From: Macrostomum hystrix
Taxonomy: Eukaryota > Animalia > Platyhelminthes
DNA length: 64,000 nt
Assembly: GCA_950097015.1 (NCBI GenBank)
Contig: CATNEN010000025.1
Coordinates: 7,998,001 to 8,062,000, forward strand
Direction of reading: 5' to 3'
Both the position numbers and the translations under genes were made by a program. Under the pieces are notes generated by a model. It worked only from the letters and a program-made list of their open reading frames with translations. It was not told where the DNA came from and did not search any database. Of this stretch, positions 12,001 to 22,041 are shown piece after piece (the stretch's first letter is position 1; each line of letters starts with the position of its first letter).

Positions 12001-12875
12001 ACCAGATATTAGGAAATGCCACCAGATATTAGGAAATGGCACCAGATATTAGGAAATGGCACCAGATATTAGGAAATGGCGCCAGATATTAGGAAATGGC
12101 GCCATGTATTAGGAAATGGCACCAGATATTAGGAAATGGCACCAGATATTAGGAAATGGCACCAGATATTAGGAAATGGCACCAGATATTAGGAAATGGC
12201 ACCAGATATTAGGAAATGGCCCAGATATTAGGAAATGGCGCCAGATATTAGGAAATGGCACCAGATATTAGGAAATGGCACCAGATATTAGGAAATGGCA
12301 CCAACAATAAAAATGACACCGCAGTTTTATAAAACAAACACAACAGAGCCCGCTCACTCTTTGGCAGCAGCAATTCCTACAGCCAATCTCTGCTGGAGGC
12401 CGCCGCTGCCGCTGCCGCCGACGCCGCCGCTGCCTCCGTCGACGCTCTCACCAGACGAAGCCAGCGGTTCAACTTGGCTGAGCACAGTCTCACGAAAGGG
12501 CACCCGGGCCAGCCTGCGTGGCCTAGACACGCCATGCTTGCCTTGGCCTTTGTGAGGCGGCCCGAGCGGACTCAGGCTGCTGCTGTTGTTGACAATGTCG
12601 TCGTCGGTTTTGGAATGCCTACGCCGCGTTGTCGGGCCGCCTTCGCCTAAAGACTCCAAAGATCTGGCGTAGCACAGGTGAACTTCACGTTCGGCTGAGT
12701 TCTGCTCGCCATTGTCCGCGGACTCGCCGGCGGACACCCTCAGCCTGATTGGCTCGTCTGTTGAAGTGTCCGCTGGCGACAGCTGCGGCTGCGGCGCGCT
12801 GCGACTGCACTGGCCGTCATCCTGGACAGGCTGGGTCACGTGACCCCGGTCTGTCCGCAGATCAGCGGCTGAAGA
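1..12875 (-). CDS. WNK-like Ser/Thr kinase, multi-exon, 3' end beyond window start
   Basis: Phase-consistent GT-AG exons: 12875-12358, 10883-10070, 8754-8489, 8058-7729, 2215-2020 (or 2092), 1490-1137, 530-<1. Motifs: SPCGRWIK..GEGAYKRVY (Lys in Gly-loop) and IAWCELK (Cys in place of the subdomain II Lys), which are WNK hallmarks; also HPNIVRYY, HRDLKPEN, DFG, YMAPEM. The post-kinase FRLVV..GFEFQL segment resembles the WNK autoinhibitory domain. Confidence 0.85.
555..960. repeat. 30-bp minisatellite (ATTATGGTATGTTCTGATTGGCTAGTATAG)
   Basis: About 13 tandem units, decaying to about 1070; WNK intron. Confidence 0.9.
1568..1925. repeat. About 26-bp composite minisatellite (CTTCTGATTGGTTGGCAGCTAAATCT variants)
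   Basis: Repeated CTGATTGGTTGG cores; WNK intron. Confidence 0.85.
2270..2463. repeat. Purine-rich 21-bp minisatellite, left half (split by the LTR element)
   Basis: GGTAGAGTGGAGGGGAGAGAA-like units that continue at 7411. Confidence 0.8.
2464..2694 (+). repeat. 5' LTR
   Basis: TG...CA termini with 6-bp inverted ends; TATAAAA-like motif near 2610; matches 7180-7410. Confidence 0.96.
2729..7069 (+). CDS. Gag-Pol polyprotein (Gag, two zinc knuckles, PR, RT, RNase H, integrase), 1446 aa from the first ATG downstream of the LTR
   Basis: Uninterrupted ORF. Knuckles CYRCGERGHASC and CHNCGKPNHLAKAC; protease DSGAS; RT ELDIRKAFYQ and VHDD; RNase H VDAS/EREALA/TDHRPL; integrase HTGH..CIYC, DFYG, TDNGPPF, ESNGATE. 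PR-RT-RH-IN order is Ty3/Gypsy. Confidence 0.96.
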   Translation: MATSYVSLPPPEPFLITHDPHNAGKRWNEWSARFADFIEASGIANENQKCKLLCYTAGKEVSDIIRELPKPRSDADGQEQEHTLQTIFKGLKQHFDDRKNIVYARYQFRLCVQQSGEKIEAWYSRLRTAAEPCEFGDLRNSLIRDQLVATCTSDKLRRRLLQEANISLEDALRKARAFEAAEEQAAEMEKTTESQVASVANRSQTASDKRRPHSEARQSQSQTCYRCGERGHASCDAAKDKICHNCGKPNHLAKACRQPRLSSNRVKQQIHANAYSTAPGDTASQDVFTLHREGIYPPDVSLKVQVGDQQLSMMIDSGASCSIMSKCTFKTLSRPHLRAPKSEVRAYGCASPLKILGVSDLQVHVGSASTVIPFYVMDGDGLTILGREPAFRLGVLKIQRLDSSGTEAVHSNSTASLSPQLQDILHRHREVFEGIGCIKGVQVKVQLSGDAVPVCHAPSRVAAHLRATVVDELKELERQDIIEAVKGPSAWVARMVVVPKADGGVRICQDLRDLNAFVVPEKQQIPTLDEVTEEMSGAKLFSELDIRKAFYQIPVHEDSRHLFTFSTPLGLMRLKRLSMGFTNASEILQRVMLGILSGIDGVRWVHDDVIVYAADIKQHHERLNVCLQRLGEFGITLNKDKCKFAKPAVDFLGMHLSAKGIQPAAEKIQAMQDFRQPANVSEIRSFLGTANFLAKFISGYADVSAPLRQLTKKGQPWDWTASHTKAFNSIKSAIANADTLAFFDRKRHTELLVDASPIGLGAILTQKQPDGSSRPVAYASRALSPVEQRYAQIEREALAIKFACLKFEHYLAGDPNFTVVTDHRPLVPLFKPGSRPPPRIERMALRIQHLRFTLLYRPGPANPADLLSRQPLPESRPNIGEVLDEAHVNAVSTGAVPKGFTIQQIREAARTDAEMQAALGAIRTGNWNTLSPVQRSFKSISSELTENDGVLLRGDLIVIPEALRRPILQLAHTGHLGADRTLKRLQTKVWWPKMYSDCEVFVKCCIYCQAAATHVHQTPLKPTEMPDGPWQLLGMDFYGPVQGHMLLVTTDLYSKYPEVDVMQSTTAGSVTQHLRRLFSRHGIPAEVITDNGPPFNSAEFRNFLTEYGVHHRLICPLHPESNGATERVNRSIGKVIKTAIAEGRNWREALDDWLLAFRTTPHRATGRTPAELLMGRAINDGIPASRQPTVTGFDHQAVRDWSRQYTREMKRAFDKRNTAKEHRVVPGTMVLRKQQARIKTQLPFETQPWTVEEVRGDTCILRRGQQSCMRHVTQLRPMFPPASPPAGPPAGPPASPPAGPPASPPAGPPAGPPAGPPAGPPAGPPAGPPAGPPAGPPAGPPAGPPAGPPAGPPAGPPAGPPAGPPAGPPAGPPAGPPAGPPAGPPAGPPAGPPAGPPAGPPAGPPAGPPSPAGPPPPVGQDTGQENDAVALRRHPRAARDKPKRYK
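6566..6980 (+). repeat. 12-bp tandem repeat CCCGCCTGCCGG inside the pol ORF, encoding (PPAG)n
   Basis: About 33-34 near-identical in-frame units after the integrase C-terminus. Confidence 0.95.
7180..7410 (+). repeat. 3' LTR
   Basis: Same sequence as 2464-2694; preceded by the purine tract GGGGGGGAGAAG. Confidence 0.96.
7411..7625. repeat. Purine-rich 21-bp minisatellite, right half
   Basis: Period 21 (7441, 7462, ...). Confidence 0.88.
8262..8408. repeat. 15-bp minisatellite (AAGGGGAAATCCCAC)
   Basis: About 9 units. Confidence 0.9.
8875..9730. repeat. 62/63-bp minisatellite
   Basis: Unit GAGTTATTGGGTTATTGAGTCAGTACATTTTAAATGGGTCAAGAATGAGTCATCAAGTAGAT, about 13 copies. Confidence 0.92.
11000..12303. 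repeat. 20-bp minisatellite (CCAGATATTAGGAAATGGCA/CG)
   Basis: About 65 units. Confidence 0.95.
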
Positions 12876-12999
12876 CTGAAAATTGCGTTTTTTAAACGGA
12901 TTATAAGGTCACAAGTTAGAATCTTGGCGCAGAAGGAAACAGCTTCTAAAGTAATTAATTGAGCAAAACACTTAATTCAATTTGAGTATTGGTATAGGT

Positions 13000-13078
13000 G
13001 CATTAGCTAGGGTAAAAGTGGATCTCGCGGCCTCCCCAGTCCATGGACTGAACAGCTGAACACCGCCTTTAGAAGGAG
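13000..13078 (+). mobile_element. SINE fragment
   Basis: GCATTAGCTAGGG...CCCCAGTCCATGGACTGAACAGCTG matches the SINE 3' half. Confidence 0.7.
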
Positions 13079-13084
13079 TAAAAG

Positions 13085-13622
13085 GAGGTGTGAATGGCAG
13101 TTGGAAACACCGGTGGAAGGAGGTAAGATTGGCAGTTGGAAACACCGGTGGAAGGAGGTAAGATTGGCAATTGGAAACACCGGTGGAATGAGGTGAGAAT
13201 GGCAGTTGGAAACACCGGTGGAATGAGGTGAGAATGGCAGTTGGAAACACCGGTGGAATGAGGTGAGAATGGCAGTTGGAAACACCGGTGGAAGGAGGTG
13301 AGATTGGCAGTTGGAAACACCGGTGAAAGGAGGTAAGAATGGCAGTTGGAAGCACCGGTGGAAGGAGGTAAGAATGGCAGTTGGAAACCCCGGATGGAAG
13401 GAGGTAAGAATGGCAGTTGGAAACACCGGTGGAAGGAGGTAAGAATGGCAGTTGGAAACACCGGTGGAAGGAGGTAAGAATGGCAGTTGGAAGCACCGGT
13501 GGAAGGAGGTGAAAATGGCAGTTGGAAACACCGGTGGAAGGAGGTGAAAATGGCACTTGGAAGCACCGGTGGAAGGAGGTGAAAATGGCAGTTGGAAACA
13601 CCGGTGGAAGGAGGTAAGAATG
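13085..13622. repeat. 35-bp minisatellite between ATP6V1H and WNK
   Basis: GGCAGTTGGAAACACCGGTGGAAGGAGGTAAGAAT, about 15 units. Confidence 0.92.
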
Positions 13623-14385
13623 GTATGTTGAAATACCTTAAAAATGAATAATTGTAATAAAACTAATTCTAAACTACATCAACAAATTACTTAATCACCA
13701 AAGTCACTCTTAAATGGTTTATAAATAGCAATAAAATGCACACAGAGGTTCGACAAAGAGTTGAAAAAGAACTTTTTAAACTACAAGTGTATAATTTTTC
13801 ATAGTTATTTTTTGTATTATGCTGCGTGGAAAGTAAAAGAAAACAACAAAACATGGTTTGAGAGAGAGAGTGGACTTAATATCAATTTACTCGAGCTAAT
13901 ATAAAGAGACAACAATGAAAAAATAGGACAATGTGCTGATCTACATGAAAATAAAAATGAGAGGATTAACAATTGATTATGAGAATCTGCTAAAGGTCGA
14001 GGCATAGAAGTATCTCGAACTGTGCTAAAATACAAATCACTTAAAAAAACAAGTGGAACTAAAACGCATGCGGTGTAGGAATAAAAAGGAACACTATGAG
14101 TTGATAGTTTACGTTAATAAAAACCAGCTGAATATTGTATATATTATGCGAATAAAATATATAAAGGAAAATGTAGTAGGAGCGTAGTAAACGCAAAAAA
14201 ATAATTTTTGTTACAGGCATCAACCCAACAAAAACTATTCTAAACCTAACTAATAGCATTATAATAATAAAGTTGATATTAACAATAACAAATACACTAA
14301 AACTCAACTAAACAGAACTAATACTTTAATCAAAGAGTTATCTACTGCAATAGTTCAAATTTCAAGTTTCTGTTAGCAAATATAG

Positions 14386-17300
14386 TTATGATTTGACAGC
14401 CTGCTGGTTCTGCGACTTGCTGCCACCACCGCCGCCCTCCGTTTTGGCCTTGTCTTCAATCTGCTTGCCGAGATACTCCCTGCGTTTGATAGATTAGATG
14501 ATCACTCACAGGTGGGAATGCCATAGATAGATTATCACTCACAGGTGGGAATGCCATAGATAGATTATCACTCACAGGTGGGAATGCCATAGATAGATGA
14601 TCACTCACAGTTGGGAATGTCATAGATAGGTGATCACTCACAGGTGAGAATGCCATAGATAGATGATCACTCACAGGTGGGAATGCCATAGATTGACGAT
14701 CACTCACAGGTGGGAATGCCATATATTGACCAATGACTAAATAGTAAATCTAATATATAGTATCTTATCTAATCAAAGTACCTAGAACCCAAGTATCTTG
14801 TCTAATCAAGGTACCTAGAACCCAAGTATCTTATCTAATCAAAGTACCTAGAACCCAAGTATCTTATCTAATCAAAGTACCTAGAACCCAAGTATCTTAT
14901 CTAATCAAGGTACCTAGAACCCAAGTATCTTATCTAATCAAGGTACCTAGAACCCAAGTATCTTATCTAATCAAGGTACCTAGAACTCAAGTATCTATAA
15001 TCCAAGCATTTATAATTCAGTATCTATTATCTGGTAGTTTGTATCCAGTAGTCCGTAAATTAAATGTCCAAGAAATGAGAAAATATTCGCAGCTCACCAG
15101 TTGTGAACCATAATTTTTTGTACGGCAATGAGAGCATTGTAGCGAACATTAGGATCATCGCTAGTCAGCATCTTCATCACCAGCTCCTTGGCGCCTAGCT
15201 GTTCGATTATTCTGCGAAGTTTCAGATTAACTGGCTTTGTTAGCAAGCTTTTTTGAGTTTGGAAATCGAAAACCCTTCGCGATATGTTTTCCTTCTTTTG
15301 GGACCAACTGTGGGTCTTAGTCGCTGAAATCTTTCAGAAACTTCAGCAAGTCTCTGTAGCTAATTATACTTATTACTTCAGTAGTAACTTCAGTAGGTTT
15401 CAATGTATACCAGATTCATAGCAGTCAGAAAGTCTTTCTAGCTACAATATTTCTTGTATTTCAGTAGAACTTCGTAGCCATCATATTCCCAGTACTTTAG
15501 TAAGCCTTTGTAGCTACCATAATCCGGGTATATGAGCAGGTCTTTGTAGCTACCATAATATGGGTATATGAGCAGGTCTTTGTAGCTACCATAATCTGGG
15601 TATATGAGCAGGTCTTTGTAACTACCATAATCCGGGTATATGAGCAGGTCTTTGTAGCTACCATAATCCGGGTATATGAGCAGGTCTTTGTAACTACCAT
15701 AATCCGGGTATATGAGCAGGTCTTTGTAGCTACCATACTCCACGTATATGAACAGGTCTTTGTAGCTACGATGCTTCCAGGTATATAAGCAGATCTTTGT
15801 AGCTACCATACCTCAGGTATATGAGCAGGTCTTTGAAGCTACGATACTTCCAGGTATATGAGCAGGTCTTTGTTGCTACCATACTTCCAGGTATAAGCAG
15901 ATCTTTATAGCAACCATATTCTTAGTATATGAGCAGGTCTTTGCAGGCACCTTTTACCCACTATATCAGGTCTTTGTAGCTACCCGCCCGCCAAGCAGAC
16001 AGAGAGAGCGAACTCACGTTTTTCCCCTTGGATAGTGCCTGACGTACTCTCCGACATCGTGCGCGGCCACGCACAGTACCAAAGAGTCCTTGCTAGTCTC
16101 CAGCAGGCGCACCAGAATCTTCAACAGTTCATAGTTGCGCTCATTCAATCTGGTGGCATTCTCGCGCCAGAAGCGCTCTGATTTGTGCACTGGACTCCAT
16201 TCCAGCCGGCCGGCCTTCAATTCGCTGGCGTATTCGTCGAACGAGCTCAGATCCTGGATGGAGGTGCTCAGGCGCTCGAGAAGAAACTGCAGATCTTCCT
16301 CGTGTTCAGGATCGTCGTATTTCTTTTGCACTAGCAGCTCCACCTGCGATGAGCACAGGTAGAATGATTGAACAATTTGACAGCAGAAAAAAAGAAAAGA
16401 AGACATAACAATGTGTCAACAAAACAGAGCTGGGAAAGATAGAGCAACAATGAGGTGATAGAAAAACAACAGAAGAACAGAACAAGAAAAGGAGGTGACA
16501 GAAGAATAACTGACAGAAAGAACAAGGAAATAAGGTGACAGAAGAAAACCAGACAGAAAGAACAAGGAATTGATGCGACAGAAGAAAACCAGACAGAAAG
16601 AACAAGGAAATAAGGTGACAGAATAAAACCAGACAGAAAGAACAAGGAAATGAGGTGACAGAAGAAAAACTAAAAAAAATAACAAGGAAATTATGCGGCA
16701 GAAGAAAAACAGACAGAAAGAACAAGGAAATGAGGTGACAGAAGAAAAACAGACAGAAAGAACAAGGAAATAAGGTGACAGAATAAAACCAGACAGAAAG
16801 AACAAGGAAATGAGGTGACAGAAGAAAAACTAAAAAAAAGAACAAGGAAATTATGCGACAGAAGAAAACCAGACAGAAAGAACAAGGAAATAAGGCGACA
16901 GAAGAAAACCAGACAGAAAGAACAAGGAAATAAGGTGACAGAATAAAACCAGACAGAAAGAACAAGGAAATGAGGTGACAGAAGAAAAACTAAAAAAAAG
17001 AACAAGGAAATTATGCGGCAGAAGAAAAACAGACAGAAAGAACAAGGAAATGAGGTGACAGAAGAAAAACAGACAGAAAGAACAAGGAAATGAGGTGACA
17101 GAAGAAAAATAGACAGAAAGAACAAGGAAATGAGGTGACAGAAGAAAAACTAAAAAAAAGAACAAGGAAATTATGCGACAGAAGAAAACCAGACAGAAAG
17201 AACAAGGAAATAAGGCGACAGAAGAAAACCAGACAGAAAGAACAAGGAAATAAGGCGACAGAATAAAACCAGACAGAAAGAACAAGGAAATGAGGTGACA

Positions 17301-20300
17301 GAAGAAAAACTAAAAAAAATAACAAGGAAATTATGCGGCAGAAGAAAAACAGACAGAAAGAACAAGGAAATGAGGTGACAGAAGAAAAACAGACAGAAAG
17401 AACAAGGAAATAAGGTGACAGAATAAAACCAGACAGAAAGAACAAGGAAATGAGGTGACAGAAGAAAAACTAAAAAAAAGAACAAGGAAATTATGCGACA
17501 GAAGAAAACCAGACAGAAAGAACAAGGAAATAAGGCGACAGAAGAAAACCAGACAGAAAGAACAAGGAAATAAGGTGACAGAATAAAACCAGACAGAAAG
17601 AACAAGGAAATGAGGTGACAGAAGAAAAACTAAAAAAAAGAACAAGGAAATTATGCGGCAGAAGAAAAACAGACAGAAAGAACAAGGAAATGAGGTGACA
17701 GAAGAAAAACAGACAGAAAGAACAAGGAAATGAGGTGACAGAAGAAAAATAGACAGAAAGAACAAGGAAATGAGGTGACAGAAGAAAAACTAAAAAAAAG
17801 AACAAGGAAATTATGCGACAGAAGAAAACCAGACAGAAAGAACAAGGAAATAAGGCGACAGAAGAAAACCAGACAGAAAGAACAAGGAAATAAGGCGACA
17901 GAATAAAACCAGACAGAAAGAACAAGGAAATGAGGTGACAGAAGAAAAACTAAAAAAAATAACAAGGAAATTATGCGGCAGAAGAAAAACAGACAGAAAG
18001 AACAAGGAAATGAGGTGACAGAAGAAAACCAGACAGAAAGAACAAGGAAATGAGGTGACAGAAGAAAAACAGACAGAAAGAACAAGGAAATGAGGTGACA
18101 GAAGAAAAACTAAAAAAAAGAACAAGGAAATTATGCGACAGAAGAAAACCAGACAGAAAGAACAAGGAAATAAGGCGACAGAAGAAAACCAGACAGAACG
18201 AACAAGGAAATGAGGTGACAGAAGAAAACCAGACAGAAGCGAACAAGGAAATGAGGTGACAGAAGAAAACCAGAGAGAAATAACAAGAAATTGATGCGAC
18301 AGAAGAAAACCAGACAGAAAGAACAAGGAAATGAGGTGACAGAAGAAAAGCAGACAGAAAGAACAAGGAAAGGAGGTGACAGAAGAAAACCAGAGAGAAA
18401 GAACAAGGAAATGAGGTGACAGAAGAAAACCAGACAGAAAGAACAAGGAAATGAGGTGACAGAAGAAAAACAGACAGAAAGAACAAGGAAATGAGGTGAC
18501 AGAAGAAAAACAGACAGAAAGAACAAGGAAATGAGGTGACAGAAGAAAACCAGACAGAAAGAACAAGGAAATGAGGTGACAGAAGAAAAACAGACAGAAA
18601 GAACAAGGAAATGAGGTGACAGAAGAAAAACAGACAGAAAGAACAAGGAAATGAGGTGACAGAAGAAAAACTAAAAAAAATAACAAGGAAATTATGCGGC
18701 AGAAGAAAAACAGACAGAAAGAGCAAGAAATTGATGCGACAGAAGAAAAACAGACAGAAAGAACAAGGAAATGAGGTGACAGATGAAAAACAGACAGAAA
18801 GACAGGACAAGCAAACCAGGTGACAGGAAAAAAGCAGGAAGAAAGGCAGTACAATTGGTTACCTGTTTGAGCACCTTGCAGTGCACCATGGACAGGGCGC
18901 TCTCTCGCACCAGCAACGAGTCGGTCGGCTTCTCTAGCAGGTGGCGAAAGAAGGCGCAAATAATGCGATTCACCTTCTCCTTCTCCGATTCGCAGAGCAC
19001 ATCGGCGCAGATTGGGATCAGATTGAACCTGGTAAAGGGATTTTTATATAAATTAAAGCTAAACTGGCAAACTTCCCACCTCCGGTCACTAAAATAGGTC
19101 ATTAATCTGCATTGAGTCATCCTCAATGAACTAGCCACCCTCCGGTCACTAAAATAGGTCATTAATCTGCATTGAGTCATCCTCAATGAACTAGCCACCC
19201 TCCGGTCACTAAAATAGGTCATTAATCTGCATTGAGTCATCCTCAATGAACTAGCCACCCTCCGGTCACTAAAATAGGTCATTAATCTGCATTGAGTCAT
19301 CCTCAATGAACGAGCCACCCTCCGGTCACTAAAATAGGTCATTAATCTGCATTGAGTCATCCTCAATGAACGAGCCACCCTCCGGTCACTAAAATAGGTC
19401 ATTACTCGACCTTCAGTCATTCCAGTTGTTGGTCATTACCCTTCTACAATCCTGTAAATTGGTCATTTATCTCCCTTATTCTTTCTGAGTCCGTTAAAAA
19501 ACCAAATTTGCAAAATTTCGCCCTTGAAATCCCACTCTACAAGCGCACAGTTAATTTTAAACTGACTTCTTCATTCGCATTACAATGTCGGCATCGAAGC
19601 TGAGACACCAGAGGCAGAACACCAGCTGGTACTGGATCTGATAGTTTACTTTAGTAGCCAGCACGCTAGCCAGTGTGGCTATGCCGTCGATGTCACAGAA
19701 TGCCTGCCTGTACGGCCCAACGCGGAGCATCATCTGGAGGCAGCGGGCCACTGTCTGGATGTACTCGTTCGACTAGATGAGAAAACGAGGGCAACGCGTC
19801 GGGTGTTGCAGTCAAAACTATATAATAATAATAATTGATTTACACCTGTCCGAATCAGGCCAGCTAAATAAACTGGATGGGATCTAAATAAACGGGATGG
19901 GATCTAAATAAACGGGATGGGATCTAAATAAACGGGATGGGATCTAAATAAACGGAATGGGATCTAAATAAATTAGATGGGATCTAAATAAACAGTATGG
20001 GATCTAAATAAACAGGATGGGATCTAAACAAACAGGATGGGATTTAAATTAACAGGACGGGATCTAAGTTAACAGGATGGGATCTAAACAAACTGGGTGG
20101 GATCTAAATAAACAGTATGGGATCTAAATAAACAGTATAGGATCTAAATAAACAGTATGGGATCTAAATAAACAGTATGGGATCTAAATAAACAGGATGG
20201 AATCTAAACAAACAGGATGGGATCTAGAAATGGAAGGCTGGATATAATTTATTTAATCGGCTCTGGATTTATATTTCGAGTCATTAAAGAAACAGAACGA

Positions 20301-22041
20301 GAATGAAAGAATGCCAACAAGCGAATTGGTTCTCACAGGCGATCGCAGCTGCTCCCTAAGCCAGGACAGATAGTGCAGCAATTCAGCGTGTTCCATCAGC
20401 TGGCTGCCCCAGCAGGCGAATTTCGCAATGATCCTAGAAGCTTGGTTCACAATGAAACTGTCCTGCCTGTGCAGCATGGCAAAGAACGGACTCCACACGC
20501 TTTCCCTGCGTCGCTGAGAATAAGACTTGAAGATTTCTACTCTCTGCTTGTCTTCCTGAAGCAGATCGTCTAGCAGAGTGAGAATGTACTGCACAGTCTG
20601 GTCTTTGGAGATTCTAGCCAGCAGGGCCAGGATAGTACGAGCGAATTGGCCAGGATTCTCATCGATGAAAGCCTTGCGCTGCTCTGGCTGATTGGCCCGT
20701 GACTCCAGCTTGACTATGAAATCATAGTCGGCCTGGTCAATCATCTGACCTCTGGAAAATACATACTAGTCATTTGAACTTACAGTTTTCTTAGCTGCTT
20801 AAATTGATATTCACAGTAATTGGAAAACTCACTGCAAATAGGACTGCCAGTTGACTCGATTTGCACGAACTTCATTCGATTTGTGCTGTAGCAGGCTGGT
20901 GGCCGCATACATGCCTGTGAAAGTTGTTTATTTTTATGGCTAATATTTTTCAAGGATAGTTAAAGTAAACTTAGCTAAGCAGTTTATTTAAAGACAGATA
21001 GTACATCACATTAGCAATATAGAAGAAGAACAATTAAAATGGTTTATGATTATTTTTTATGAGCAACACAGCCAAATAAAATTACAAGATCAAATTTATC
21101 AATCTACTAAATTGAAGTATTTAGTACATTCTAAAAGTAATAAATAAACAAACTCTGATTTGCTACTAAATACTTCATGTGTAAGGCTAACAATACTTTT
21201 TACATCCAATAAATTAACATTTGGCAATAATAACTATTATAAACAACATATTAATAAAGAAAAAAAAGTACAATTTTTTATTAAAAATCTAACTTAATTA
21301 AAACTTATTCTGGTTTTTAAGTATGTAAAAACTAACCTAAGACAAAGAATAAGTATATAAAAGCAGTGGATTGCTATTACTATTAATATAATAGAATATA
21401 TACTAACTTCAAATCAATTGCTAACAGCTAAAATATTACAATATTACCTATATGTAGATACAAGAAAAACATTTATAATAAAATTACTGAAATAAAACTA
21501 ATTTTATATGCACAAAGGCAATTACCAATATATATACAATATAATATATATATATCAGATATACCTTTGCAAAATAAGAAAAAATAAAATACACTTTTAA
21601 TAGTTTTTTTACTGCTTTGTCATTTTAAGCAGCATATTCATAGCTATCATTGACCTAGGCACACCATAATTTTTTTTAAGAATTAGACAGATGCTTTAAT
21701 TTTAAGACACATTAGTGTTATTATCCACTAATAATAGACACTACGACCCCATTCGATCCAACTAAAGTCATCAAAAGTAATTTGAAAAGACATCACCAAA
21801 AATATTTTTATAAAATAAATTTTAAATGGTACAAAAGCAAGCAACAGTCAACTAAGCTAAACCTTGGACTTTAAATTTAAGTTAATTTTTTGTAATACAG
21901 TTATTTAAAAGAGCGGCACAAGAGAAAAAGCTGCTACTCACCGATTTTATCAATGTCTTCAATGTGACCACTACGAAAAATATTCGAAACGTTACTAGAG
22001 TAGTTGTCAGTAGCGTCTTGACTGAGCTGTGAATAAGACAT
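14386..22041 (-). CDS. ATP6V1H: V-type proton ATPase subunit H
   Basis: Exons 22041-21942, 20914-20833, 20751-20337, 19772-19567, 19028-18863, 16343-16018, 15211-15098, 14479-14386, all phases consistent. Motifs [74 protein letters not shown]. Confidence 0.95.
14490..14995. repeat. Two adjacent, unrelated 33-bp minisatellites (14490-14730 and 14760-14995)
   Basis: Units ATCACTCACAGGTGGGAATGCCATAGATAGATG and CAAGTATCTTATCTAATCAAAGTACCTAGAACC. Confidence 0.9.
15490..15985. repeat. 36-bp minisatellite
   Basis: GTATATGAGCAGGTCTTTGTAGCTACCATAATCCGG and variants. Confidence 0.9.
16420..18830. repeat. 40-bp satellite with 160-bp and 640-bp higher-order periods
   Basis: Monomer GAAGAAAACCAGACAGAAAGAACAAGGAAATGAGGTGACA. 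A variant monomer recurs every 160 bp from 16671 to 18111. Confidence 0.93.
19078..19405. repeat. 60-bp minisatellite
   Basis: About 5.4 near-identical units starting TCCGGTCACTAAAATAGGTC. Confidence 0.95.
19822..19863 (-). mobile_element. SINE 3' tail fragment
   Basis: ATAATAATAATTGATTTACACCTGTCCGAATCAGGCCAG versus ATAATAATTGATTACACCTGTCCGATTGGGCCAG at 45602. Confidence 0.65.
19865..20228. repeat. 20-bp minisatellite (GGGATCTAAATAAACAGGAT)
   Basis: About 18 units. Confidence 0.9.

Noticed and set aside
16306-18959. Many 144-aa hydrophobic ORFs that look like membrane proteins
   Set aside because: They are read-through of the 40-bp intronic satellite inside ATP6V1H.
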